Origin: Candidatus Caldarchaeum sp.
GTDB taxonomy: Archaea > Thermoproteota > Nitrososphaeria_A > Caldarchaeales > Caldarchaeaceae
Direction: 5' to 3'
NCBI GenBank assembly: GCA_038844785.1
Contig: JAWBRA010000028.1
Coordinates: 1-19,138 of the forward strand
Length of the DNA stretch: 19,138 bases
Shown here: positions 1 through 7,969 of the stretch, piece after piece
Layout of the letters: each line of letters starts with the position of its first letter
How positions within the stretch are numbered: the first letter of the stretch is position 1
Notes under the pieces: model-generated
Databases searched by the model: none
Told to the model about the DNA's origin: nothing
The model's input: the letters and a program-made list of their open reading frames with translations, nothing else
Translations under genes and position numbers: made by a program

Positions 1-179
1 CAGCGGGGAAAAACCGGATGAAAACCGGGCAATAGAGCACTGAACGCCTTTACGGCGATTTAAAAGCCAATGCACGGTCTTCGTCCGGCTTCTCAGACGT
101 TGTCAGATGACGGGCCTCCAGCCAAACTCTCCCCTCTATTTTTCATTATTAAACTATACAGGAAACTGTTGTTCTTCAT

Positions 180-292
180 GGGCCCGGAGCTCAGTATCTC
201 AGTATGGACAAAGAAGATATTATTTTTAGTTAATATCTCTGCAGCGCCGGCCTTCGGAGCCGAAGACCATGGGTTAAGTCCCACCAGGCCCA
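180..292 (+). pseudogene. Degenerate tRNA-Arg(UCG) with a non-canonical D-arm intron (215-243) and an 8-bp tandem duplication
   Basis: Acceptor stem GGGCCCG(180-186)/CAGGCCC(285-291), A292. D-stem GCTC pairs with GAGC after removing 215-243. Anticodon arm CCGGC-CT-TCG-GA-GCCGA (247-263). T arm ATGGG-TTAAGT-CCCAC. Lesions: G instead of U8, C.A mismatches in three stems, 6-nt T loop, CTCAGTAT x2 (190-205). TATA-like TTATTAAA at 146-153. Confidence 0.75.
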
Positions 293-458
293 CTTTCTGC
301 AAATCCTGCTCACGGCATTGGTTTGCTCTCCACTATCAGATGCAACTCATTTAATTAGCTTCTTTCAAGAATTCCGGCCCTGTAAGTCAAAGAATGTCTG
401 GTTCTAGCTGGTAGCATCCTATTAAACTTTAATATAATCGTTTGGATAAGCTATTTCC

Positions 459-1235
459 ATGGACCTTCGTCTGGCTCTTCAGACAAGGATACATCTGTTC
501 AACACCCATGACCTCGAGGGAGCTGTTTTTATCGAGGGTTCTCCAACGGCTGGAGCGGCTGGAATACTTGCAGCCAACTATCTCAGGGAAGTGTTCAACG
601 GCGTGTTGGTCGCCGAGGTTGTTTCACCGCATTTTCCGCAGATAAGCATAATAGACGAGGATGGGATTGCGTCGAGGCCGAAGCTCGAGCTCTATCTGGT
701 GAACGCTAACGGTGTGAAGCTTCTTGTGGCTGGAAGGGCTTTTCCCGTCGAGGGGAATGAGGGAAGCTACGAGGTTGCTTCAAAGCTCTACGAATTCCTC
801 CAAACCCACAACGTATCCGAGTACATCGTTTTGGCGAGCGGGAGATTAAGCGGCGATGGAAGCGTCTTCGTCTCCACGACAAACCTCGACCACTCAAAAA
901 AGATTCTGGATGCGGGAGCGAAGCAATCCCCTTCGCTTGAGAACCTTCCAGTCGACAGAACCACAGGCTTCCTGATGTTCTTCTTCGCGCGGGACAGAAG
1001 GAAGGTTGCGATGCTTTTCTCCGACACAGCTTCCTACATGCCAGACCACGCAGCTGCCAAGAAACTTTTGGAAGTTGTTTCCCGCTACCTGAAGTTCACG
1101 ATAGATTTCACGAAGCTGGACCTCGAGATCGAACGGCAGAACAGGATGTTGCGGGAGATAGAGAACCTAGGCTTCATGGAGAAGGCTTTGACAGGCGGGG
1201 AGAGGCCGCAAAAAGAACCCTTCTACATCGGCTGA
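459..1235 (+). CDS. PAC2-family proteasome assembly chaperone-like protein
   Basis: 258 aa. FIEGSPTAGAAGILAANYL resembles the IEGxPGxGxVGxIA start of PAC2 proteins. Also SPHFPQ and YMPDHAAAKKLLEVV motifs, and a C-terminal FYIG. TATA-like TTTAATATA about 25 nt upstream. Confidence 0.85.
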   Translation: MDLRLALQTRIHLFNTHDLEGAVFIEGSPTAGAAGILAANYLREVFNGVLVAEVVSPHFPQISIIDEDGIASRPKLELYLVNANGVKLLVAGRAFPVEGNEGSYEVASKLYEFLQTHNVSEYIVLASGRLSGDGSVFVSTTNLDHSKKILDAGAKQSPSLENLPVDRTTGFLMFFFARDRRKVAMLFSDTASYMPDHAAAKKLLEVVSRYLKFTIDFTKLDLEIERQNRMLREIENLGFMEKALTGGERPQKEPFYIG

Positions 1236-1279
1236 AGCCGGCTTTTCCCTCAACCTTGATTACCTATATAAACGGAGGT

Positions 1280-1372
1280 ATGAACAACTGGGATGGCTTA
1301 TCAAAGCCCTCTCCACCCTCCATGCTTAAGCTCTATGACGTAGACGAGCTGACTAGACCATCGCGAACCTAA
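1280..1372 (+). CDS. Possible 30-aa small ORF or gene remnant (MNNWDGLSKPSPPSMLKLYDVDELTRPSRT)
   Basis: ATG preceded directly by GGAGGT and by TATATAAA. No recognisable family. Confidence 0.15.
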   Translation: MNNWDGLSKPSPPSMLKLYDVDELTRPSRT

Positions 1373-1523
1373 AAAAGTAAGGAAAAATGTGGGGGGTGTT
1401 TGGCTGGAGGCCGCCAGCAAGAACGACATCTAAAACCCAAAAATAGAGGACTGTACGTTACATAGGTTGACATGCACCGTAGATAGAAATGGTAGCTCCG
1501 TATACGAGGGGCAATCATGTTTT

Positions 1524-2244
1524 TTAGTGTGTTTGATTTTGTGATTTTCTTTTCGCCATGAAGCGTGATGCGAGTGTTATAATTAATGCTGCAGAAGTGG
1601 CTGCAGAGGCTACGATAACCACGTACTCTCGGCTATCATTGGGTATTGTGACGGATATGCCTGGTGGCGGGGGTATGGGCTGGCTGAGCGGAACGTTGGT
1701 GTCGACCAGTCTAAAGTCAGAGGTAATCCAGTAGACGCCGAGTGAATACAGCGGCTCCTTGTAGAACACACGCTCTCCTGTCTTCGCCGTAACAGGACTG
1801 CCTGAATCCGGTTGGAGTATCAGGCGGAATCCAGAAAAACATCCTTGCCGCCGCTGAGTTGTGCTTGATATTGCCGGAGGGCAGATGAATGTCTACGAGC
1901 TCCGACGCTCTCTTCATTGGTTTAGGTAAATGAACCGTCACATTCAAAGTAAGGTGTTCACCGCCAACATCTACGATGCTCCACATGATGACCACCTTAG
2001 CTTTAACGGGCAACCCGATGACTAGTTTGTCGCCCATCAACTCTGTCTCCTTGAAGGACGCACCTACTTTTACCGCATCCTGTGATTCAAACAAGCGCGG
2101 GTGGACAGCAAAATGTTTTGCATAACCTTCATAGACTGCGTACATACCCTGTCCAACCCACGGCGATACCGACCCCGCATCAGCCGCAATCAGGGCCAGG
2201 GGCTGCAACAGTAGGAGCACGACCGTTCCTGAAAGAAAGGTCAT
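1524..2244 (-). pseudogene. Frameshifted secreted protein with C-terminal membrane anchor
   Basis: ORF 1717-2244 carries the signal peptide (MTFLSGTVVLLLLQPLALIAA). The overlapping frame 1524-1769 carries a Pro-rich linker, a TM helix (YVVIVASAATSAALIITLA) and a basic tail. Together they form one type I membrane protein broken near 1770-1810. Confidence 0.65.
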
Positions 2245-2308
2245 GAAACAGTCACCGACTCCTCACAGTACTCGCCCTCATATGTCTCTTAAAACTGTTT
2301 AGCGGGCT

Positions 2309-4420
2309 CTAGGGGTAGATGACTTCGTAGACGTATACGTATGCGAGCGACTGGTATGGCGGGCTTGATTGGTAGACTAGCTTGAAGTGGTTGAGGGTTG
2401 AGGGGTTGTATAGGTGGCCTGGCCCGAAAGCTGTCTGGGTTGGCTTGTAGGGTATGAGCTGGCCGAGAAGCGTTGACCAGAACTTCTGCGTAGGCTGGAA
2501 GTTTGCGTCAACGTATTCGGATTCGCGGTAGGGGTGGCCTGTTTGGTTGGCTATCCGCAGCATCCATATCCATTTGCCTTCGTCGCCGAAGCCGAGAAGC
2601 CTGCCGTAAGCCTGGCCGCCCTGCACGATGAACTGATGCGTGACGTAAATTACCACGTGGGTTACGTTGTGGCGGCGGAATATCTCGACAGCTGTTTTCT
2701 CATCCGACATGAAGGCATGCGCCACATCACCTATCTGCGTTGAGTTGAGGGTGCCGTTGTCGATGAGTGTTATCTTCTCGCCCACGACTGTTATCCAGTA
2801 GCCGTAGTCCCACCATGAGGCTATGACAGCGTCTTTCGGCAGGTTGTTCTTCATCCATGTTAACGCCTTCAGCCAGTCTGGGATTGACTGACGCGCTGGA
2901 AAGCTTGAGGTTATTATCGTCGCAGGCTGGTAGCCTTGGTCAACAGGTGAGATCGTCGCAGCCCTCTGTAGGCCTCCTAACGCCGACGGGATGAGCGAGT
3001 ATAGGATTAGAAGCAGCAGAACAACCGGCGTGACCGCGGCAAGCCCAACATGACCCAGCTCACCCCGTTTCCTCGAAGCGGCACGCTGCGACAACGCCTC
3101 CCCCACACGGCTGAACAAGGTGGCGTATGCGTGGCCTGCGACTATGGCAACAGCAGGCGAAGCCATCAGCGAAAGCCTCACCATCGACGACGCAAAATAG
3201 GCCGACAAAATAAGGAAGAACACTATGAAGAGGTTTTCGGACGACCTTGTCTTGAGAAGGAGGTATACTCCGTAGGGGAGAAGGAGAAGGCTTAAGCCGA
3301 AGTCTGAGAACATCAGCGACCATGTCGGCACCTGGTTTTCCGCAACCGACTGGACTATCGGCAGCTCACCCCTCAAACCCGGCAGTAAAACGGACAGGAA
3401 CTTTAAGCCGGGAACGCCGAGAACGCCTAACGCTGTGAGGGAAAAGAATCCGGCCGCGGATATGAGGAGCACCGAGGCTATGACGAGGCGTCTTGTCTCC
3501 ACAGCCTTAATCCTCGAAGCAGCCTCGAAGACAGCTAGAACGAACAACGCTATAAACCCTGAGAAGATTGTCACCTCGAAGACGTATCTTGGCCCGAGCT
3601 TGGGGACTGAAACCGCTATCGATGTATATACGGCGAAGGATATGGCGGTTGCTATCAGCAGGCTTCTCCTGTATCTGCCGAGGATGGAGAGCACTACGCT
3701 GAAGAAGGGTATGAAGGCGAGGGGGAATTTGTGAGCGCCCCAGCTGGCTGCCATGAAGCCGAGGAAGAGGCCTGACAGCAACGCGTAAAAGACGGTGCCT
3801 TTCACCGTTCTTCTCTCGTTTATCGCCGTCAGGTAGAAGATGTAGCCCGCCAGCATCAGCGGAAGGCTTAGGCTTTCGTCGTCAAACCAGCCGAAATGCG
3901 TCCTGCCTATGTGGGCTGTGCTTATCGCCATGAAAAGGGCTGCCGCAAGCCCTGAAGCGGGGTCTCCAACCCTTCTGCCCAGAAAATAGGCTGCGACTAC
4001 TGTGACGACACCGTAGGCCACGGGAAGGACTGCGGCCAGCTCCAACGTGTCAGGCTTGAATCCGAACAAGCTGACCGTCAGGTAGATGAAGGCCATGGCG
4101 AACGGGATGCCTGGAAACGCCGTCTTCCCCATGTCCCTACCCCATGGATACCACGACTCTGTGTCATGCCAGCTGAAGAACTCGACAAACCCAGACCAGC
4201 CCCTCTCAATCACGTACATCGCCTCCTTATACTGGACCCACGGGTCGAACTCCGACAACGCAACACCCCATCTCAGCGGCAGAATCCTTAGCGTGAAAGC
4301 TACGGAGCAGATGAACATCAGAACGCCGAGCTCAGCCAGCTCCAGCCTTCCGCTTAAAAGACTGTCAACTCTCCGAAGCTTCATCAGAAGCTTGGTTGCC
4401 GCCAAACCATGTTCTAACAA
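2309..4420 (-). CDS. aglB: Oligosaccharyltransferase catalytic subunit AglB (STT3 family)
   Basis: 703 aa, multi-TM N-terminal half. Motifs EFDPW, SWYPWGR, GWFDDE, SVAE(N)Q, WWDYG, DNGT and DK-type DEGKWIWM. The start could be TTG 4420 or the downstream ATG (MKLRR). Confidence 0.97.
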   Translation of the reverse strand: MLEHGLAATKLLMKLRRVDSLLSGRLELAELGVLMFICSVAFTLRILPLRWGVALSEFDPWVQYKEAMYVIERGWSGFVEFFSWHDTESWYPWGRDMGKTAFPGIPFAMAFIYLTVSLFGFKPDTLELAAVLPVAYGVVTVVAAYFLGRRVGDPASGLAAALFMAISTAHIGRTHFGWFDDESLSLPLMLAGYIFYLTAINERRTVKGTVFYALLSGLFLGFMAASWGAHKFPLAFIPFFSVVLSILGRYRRSLLIATAISFAVYTSIAVSVPKLGPRYVFEVTIFSGFIALFVLAVFEAASRIKAVETRRLVIASVLLISAAGFFSLTALGVLGVPGLKFLSVLLPGLRGELPIVQSVAENQVPTWSLMFSDFGLSLLLLPYGVYLLLKTRSSENLFIVFFLILSAYFASSMVRLSLMASPAVAIVAGHAYATLFSRVGEALSQRAASRKRGELGHVGLAAVTPVVLLLLILYSLIPSALGGLQRAATISPVDQGYQPATIITSSFPARQSIPDWLKALTWMKNNLPKDAVIASWWDYGYWITVVGEKITLIDNGTLNSTQIGDVAHAFMSDEKTAVEIFRRHNVTHVVIYVTHQFIVQGGQAYGRLLGFGDEGKWIWMLRIANQTGHPYRESEYVDANFQPTQKFWSTLLGQLIPYKPTQTAFGPGHLYNPSTLNHFKLVYQSSPPYQSLAYVYVYEVIYP

Positions 4421-4521
4421 CGTAGGCAGAAGAGCTACGCTAAAAACCTATATCCAATAAAACCATGAAAACACGAGCGTTATACTGCCATGGTCTTCCA
4501 ACAACTTCGAAGACATCACTC

Positions 4522-4528
4522 TTTTAAA
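4522..4528 (+). promoter_or_regulatory. TATA box candidate for the beta-propeller gene
   Basis: TTTTAAA about 24-30 nt upstream of ATG 4552, consistent with a leaderless archaeal transcript. Confidence 0.5.
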
Positions 4529-4551
4529 CTTCCTCTTTGATTTCACGAAAC

Positions 4552-6270
4552 ATGTTCAGACGTTTGGGCGCTTTCCTTGTAGTAGTTCTGCTCTCGGCCT
4601 CTGTTATCCCTTTCGTTTATGCGGAGCTTGTGAGCTTCCGCCGCTCGTATGGAGGAGATAACAACGACTGGACTAACGACATTTTCGTTGACTCGAACGG
4701 CGTTGTTTACACAGTGGGTGTGACGTATTCTTTCGGAGCAGGCCATCCAAACGCTTTTCTCACCATCTTCAAAAGCGACAACACCCATCATTGTAGCGTA
4801 GCCGTAGACATCGGAGGGTCTGCTGACGAGGCGGTGGCTTTAACTGTTCATGCAGGACGGGTCTATGTTCTTGGAACCACCAGCTTTGGCCCCAACCCAT
4901 CCAACCACTTCATAGCCGTGTTTGACACTTCATGCAACCTGCAAGCATTCAAAGTTTTCGACCTAGGTGGAAACGAGGAGGTCACGGACATAGCGGTTGA
5001 ACCATCCCCCACGCCTTATCTATACGTTGTGGGAAGACAGGCAGGGTTTGGCGCCTATTTAGCGAGGATAGATTCAGCTCTCAACCTCGTGTGGGCGAAG
5101 TTTTTCAAGGTCCGCAGCGGCGATGACGCTGCAAACGCTGTAGTTTTTTCAGAAGGCCACGTCTACGTTGCCGGCTCTTCAAACGACGGAACATCGCTGA
5201 ACATGTTTGTCTCGGTGTTTAGAGCAACTGGAGCTCATGCGGCGACTAGGGAGGTAGGAGGCTCGAGCAACGAGGAAGCATTTGACCTCATTGTTTCCGG
5301 GGGCAGCATCTACCTGACAGGTTACACAGAGTTTCCTGGAAGGCTTGACGAAGTTCTTCTTGCGAAGATTGATCCAACCTACACGGTTGCTTGGTTGAAA
5401 GCCTTTGGAACCGCCTCCGGCAACGAGCGTTCCCACGGAGTCGCCGTGGCCGGCGGCCTCGTCTACGTAACCGGCTACACAACTTATCCAGGAACAGATG
5501 ACGTCCTGCTGGCGGCTTTCAAACCAGACGGCTCTCTTTCCTACTCATTCTTTATCACCGGCGGCCCCGGAGGAGGCGACGTAGGGTTCTCCATAGCGTC
5601 GGCGGGCTCGTGTGTTTACCCGGCCGGCCGTCATCAGAACTGGCCTCTCTTCTATGCAGTCTTCGACGGAGAGGTGAATTCTGTAGCCATGACTGTAAAC
5701 ACGCTGACACCTAGCGAAGCCGTTGTCACTCCGTCTACTGTATCTGCTTCACCGGGTGTTGTGAGCTACACGCCTACATTGGACATAGCTGCTGCGTTCA
5801 ACTCTTTCTACTCTAGATTCTGCCCCGACATGCTAGTTTCAATCACAACGTCTATCGTAACATCTACTACTGGGACGACGGTGACGTCAACCTCTACATC
5901 CACTGTTACGACTACAGCTTACGCCATTTCGTCGACGACGTTGACTCAAACAAGCTCGGTCATACTGGTCGTAACTCAGACCGCTGTAACCACAATCCCC
6001 ACCACCGTGTCGCAGACTGTTACAACAACTCAAACAACCACCTCAACCAGTTCGACGACGACAACGTCGACTTACACAACGACAACGACACAGATACAGA
6101 CACAGACATCCTCAACCACCCTGACACTTATCACAGTCACCACAGCCGTGTTCGCAGAACCCTTCACAACATCCACGCTGCCGATGTTGATACTCTTTAT
6201 AGTTGCTCTCGCCGTCGCAGCCGTTATAGCGAGCAGGAGAGCTAGGCCGCCGCCGCAGCCAACCTTCTAA
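4552..6270 (+). CDS. Cell-surface 7-bladed beta-propeller protein (SBBP-like repeats) with Ser/Thr-rich stalk and C-terminal TM anchor
   Basis: Signal peptide MFRRLGAFLVVVLLSASVIPFVYA. Seven ~45-50 aa repeats of type GG..D/E....I.V..G.VYV.G.T. Thr-rich tract, then TM helix and RRAR tail. ATG 4552 preferred over TTG 4537 on TATA spacing. Confidence 0.85.
   Translation: MFRRLGAFLVVVLLSASVIPFVYAELVSFRRSYGGDNNDWTNDIFVDSNGVVYTVGVTYSFGAGHPNAFLTIFKSDNTHHCSVAVDIGGSADEAVALTVHAGRVYVLGTTSFGPNPSNHFIAVFDTSCNLQAFKVFDLGGNEEVTDIAVEPSPTPYLYVVGRQAGFGAYLARIDSALNLVWAKFFKVRSGDDAANAVVFSEGHVYVAGSSNDGTSLNMFVSVFRATGAHAATREVGGSSNEEAFDLIVSGGSIYLTGYTEFPGRLDEVLLAKIDPTYTVAWLKAFGTASGNERSHGVAVAGGLVYVTGYTTYPGTDDVLLAAFKPDGSLSYSFFITGGPGGGDVGFSIASAGSCVYPAGRHQNWPLFYAVFDGEVNSVAMTVNTLTPSEAVVTPSTVSASPGVVSYTPTLDIAAAFNSFYSRFCPDMLVSITTSIVTSTTGTTVTSTSTSTVTTTAYAISSTTLTQTSSVILVVTQTAVTTIPTTVSQTVTTTQTTTSTSSTTTTSTYTTTTTQIQTQTSSTTLTLITVTTAVFAEPFTTSTLPMLILFIVALAVAAVIASRRARPPPQPTF
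5839..6144 (+). repeat. Low-complexity Thr/Ser-rich coding tract (ACN-codon repeats)
   Basis: About 100 codons dominated by Thr/Ser/Val (e.g. TTTQTTTSTSSTTTTSTYTTTTT). Third positions vary, so it is not a perfect DNA tandem repeat. Confidence 0.85.
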
Positions 6271-6359
6271 ACCTTCCAACATTCTTCTATTCCTCACAGG
6301 GTTTTTGGGAAGCTTTATCCGAAATAATTTAAAATAGCATGTTGGGATGCTGTTGATGG

Positions 6360-6752
6360 ATGTCTGAGAGGTTTCGTAGGTTGGTTGACAGGGCTGTCGA
6401 GCTTGTCTCCACCCCTTCTTTCCAGGAGGCGGCTATGGTGGCGGCTGTCGTCGCCACATCTCTGATCTTGGCGGGAGTGGTTTACGGCTTGTTTTCAGGC
6501 GTCAACATTGGGGTTGCCTTTGTCGGAAACGTCATCAGGGTTTTCTACCCCGACCAGCGTGTTCAGACGATCGCCGAGCTGCTGGTTACCGCAACCTTCT
6601 ACCTGCTGGGTTTCGCGGGTTTTCTTCTTTACAGCCAAGCCTTCACAAGACGTTTCAGCGGCAGGGCTTCACGCTACATGCTTGTTTTCAGCAGCCTGTT
6701 GATAGTGGTTGCGGCGCTGGGTTTGATCGGCGGCCACCTGTCCAAGTCGTAA
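6360..6752 (+). CDS. OST3/OST6-family three-TM membrane protein, DC2/OSTC-like (putative non-catalytic OST subunit)
   Basis: 130 aa, three hydrophobic segments. LILAGVVYGL, FYP..RVQTIAELLV...FYLLGFAGFLL and SRYMLVF match by eye the OSTC pattern LITGGIIYDV / FL....GQYIMEGL....LFTMGGLGFII / NRFLLLF (recalled from memory). Lies about 2 kb from aglB. Confidence 0.7.
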   Translation: MSERFRRLVDRAVELVSTPSFQEAAMVAAVVATSLILAGVVYGLFSGVNIGVAFVGNVIRVFYPDQRVQTIAELLVTATFYLLGFAGFLLYSQAFTRRFSGRASRYMLVFSSLLIVVAALGLIGGHLSKS

Positions 6753-6753
6753 G

Positions 6754-7395
6754 CTAAACCATCTTCACGCCTTCCTCTTCTATCGTGAAAGATATTTTTC
6801 CGCTGCCGGGTTTTTCCTCAACGGCTTCGCGTATGCTGTTTTTTCGCTGGAGCTTGACGACGCAGTCAGCCCAGAAGCTTACTATCCGTCCCGCCACGGG
6901 GGCTGTGACGTTCAAGACGGGGATTTCATGAACGAGGCCGACTACCAGGACGGAGATGTTTCTTGTCACGGCGAGGTTTTTCAGCAAGGCCGCTTGGAAT
7001 GTTAAAGCCTCGTAGACGGGAAGGTCTTGCGACACTTTTCCGGAAAGCTCCAGCCTGTGTAGGTGTGTGAAGTCGTCGCAGACGACAAGCCGTGTATCTG
7101 TGGGTAGTAGGTCGTGGATGTTGACGATGGATTCAAGCTGCTCCCTGAAGCTGCGCGGCTGCGTCACGTACATCATGTCGAGGTTTGTTTTGACCAGCTG
7201 TTTTACGCGTGGAAAATAGAGTCTTGCACCGCAGTCAACCCACAGAACCCGCAACCCCTTCTCCATAATCTTCGCAGCGGCTGAGAGAGCGAGCGTCGTC
7301 TTCCCCACCTTGTCCTCGCCGTAGAGGAGGTAGGATAAGCCTTGTTTGAAGAGGCCTGTGAAGAAATCTTCGACGCCGGGGTTTTTTCCAGCCAA
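6754..7395 (-). CDS. RadB/aRadC-like RecA-superfamily ATPase
   Basis: Walker A GEDKVGKT, VLWVD strand, Walker B LVVCDD, PVAGRIVSFWADCVVKL and FTIEEEG tail typical of RadB-like proteins. TTG 7395 preferred over ATG 7455 because the extension runs through the palindrome/TATA element. Confidence 0.8.
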   Translation of the reverse strand: MAGKNPGVEDFFTGLFKQGLSYLLYGEDKVGKTTLALSAAAKIMEKGLRVLWVDCGARLYFPRVKQLVKTNLDMMYVTQPRSFREQLESIVNIHDLLPTDTRLVVCDDFTHLHRLELSGKVSQDLPVYEALTFQAALLKNLAVTRNISVLVVGLVHEIPVLNVTAPVAGRIVSFWADCVVKLQRKNSIREAVEEKPGSGKISFTIEEEGVKMV

Positions 7396-7409
7396 CCCGT
7401 CTAAGGAAC

Positions 7410-7441
7410 GTTTCCAGCATGGTTTAAACCATGCTGGAAAC
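7410..7441. promoter_or_regulatory. Perfect 32-bp palindrome centred on TTTAAA between divergent genes
   Basis: GTTTCCAGCATGGTTT|AAACCATGCTGGAAAC, no spacer and no mismatch. Confidence 0.8.
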
Positions 7442-7503
7442 AGTTTTGGATGCATGTCTTTTTTCTGTTGAAGCTTAAGTTATGGCTTGTGAGGCTAGGT
7501 TTG

Positions 7504-7814
7504 ATGCGTAGGGTTCTCCGCTTCAAGCCTGAGATGCTTGACTTGGTGCTCAAAGGCGTTAAAACATCCACTGTGAGGCCTTGGAACAACACTGTTTACA
7601 GCGATGAGTTGGTGCTCACCGACGGCAGGAGAAAAGTTCCAGCGAAGCTTGTCAAGGTCGAGAAACTCAAGCTCTCGGAAGCAGCCAGCAGCTACTTAAG
7701 CGAAGGCTTCAAAACACCCGACGAATTCCTACGGAGCATAACACACCTCTACCCAACATTATCCCTCGACGGCGAAGTAACATTAATACGGTTCAAGCCA
7801 GATAAACATGACGG

Positions 7815-7824
<10 letters not shown>
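7504..7824 (+). CDS. ASCH-domain (PUA-like) RNA-binding protein
   Basis: LRFKPEMLDLVLKGVKTSTVR (GxKxxTxR signature) and SEGFKTPDEF....LYP.....VTLIRF. ATG 7504 is more likely than ATG 7450. The stop codon lies inside the following tRNA. Confidence 0.88.
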
Positions 7825-7889
<65 letters not shown>

Positions 7890-7969
7890 CTCCTGAAACA
7901 TTCACGCAGGCTCCCGAGCGTAGGGTGTCGCAGCAGCCAGCATCAGGTTAAACAGCCGTGGGAGATGTT

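Noticed and set aside
1-43. GATGA...CTGA near the window start as a C/D sRNA
   Set aside because: Only one box pair. It reads equally well as the 3' end of an upstream CDS (SGEKPDENRAIEH-stop), which cannot be confirmed at the edge.
70-354. ORFs 70-354 (+) and 93-302 (-)
   Set aside because: They overlap the tRNA-like structure and its AT-rich promoter, and show no protein-like motifs.
1221-1235. C-terminal FYIG of the PAC2 protein as an HbYX proteasome-gating motif
   Set aside because: Tyr is third from last, not penultimate. YIG endings are common in this archaeal subfamily, so this is not novel.
5839-6144. ACA/ACG-rich tract as a CRISPR array or DNA tandem repeat
   Set aside because: No constant repeat-spacer period. 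It is explained by Thr codons. No CRISPR array or cas gene is seen in the window.
4537-6270. Beta-propeller protein as the dedicated AglB substrate
   Set aside because: No valid N-X-S/T sequon found by eye.
7396-7503. N-terminal extensions of the RadB-like (ATG 7455) and ASCH (ATG 7450) ORFs
   Set aside because: They overlap each other and the palindrome and precede the recognisable domain starts. Downstream starts fit better, though ATG 7450 is not excluded.
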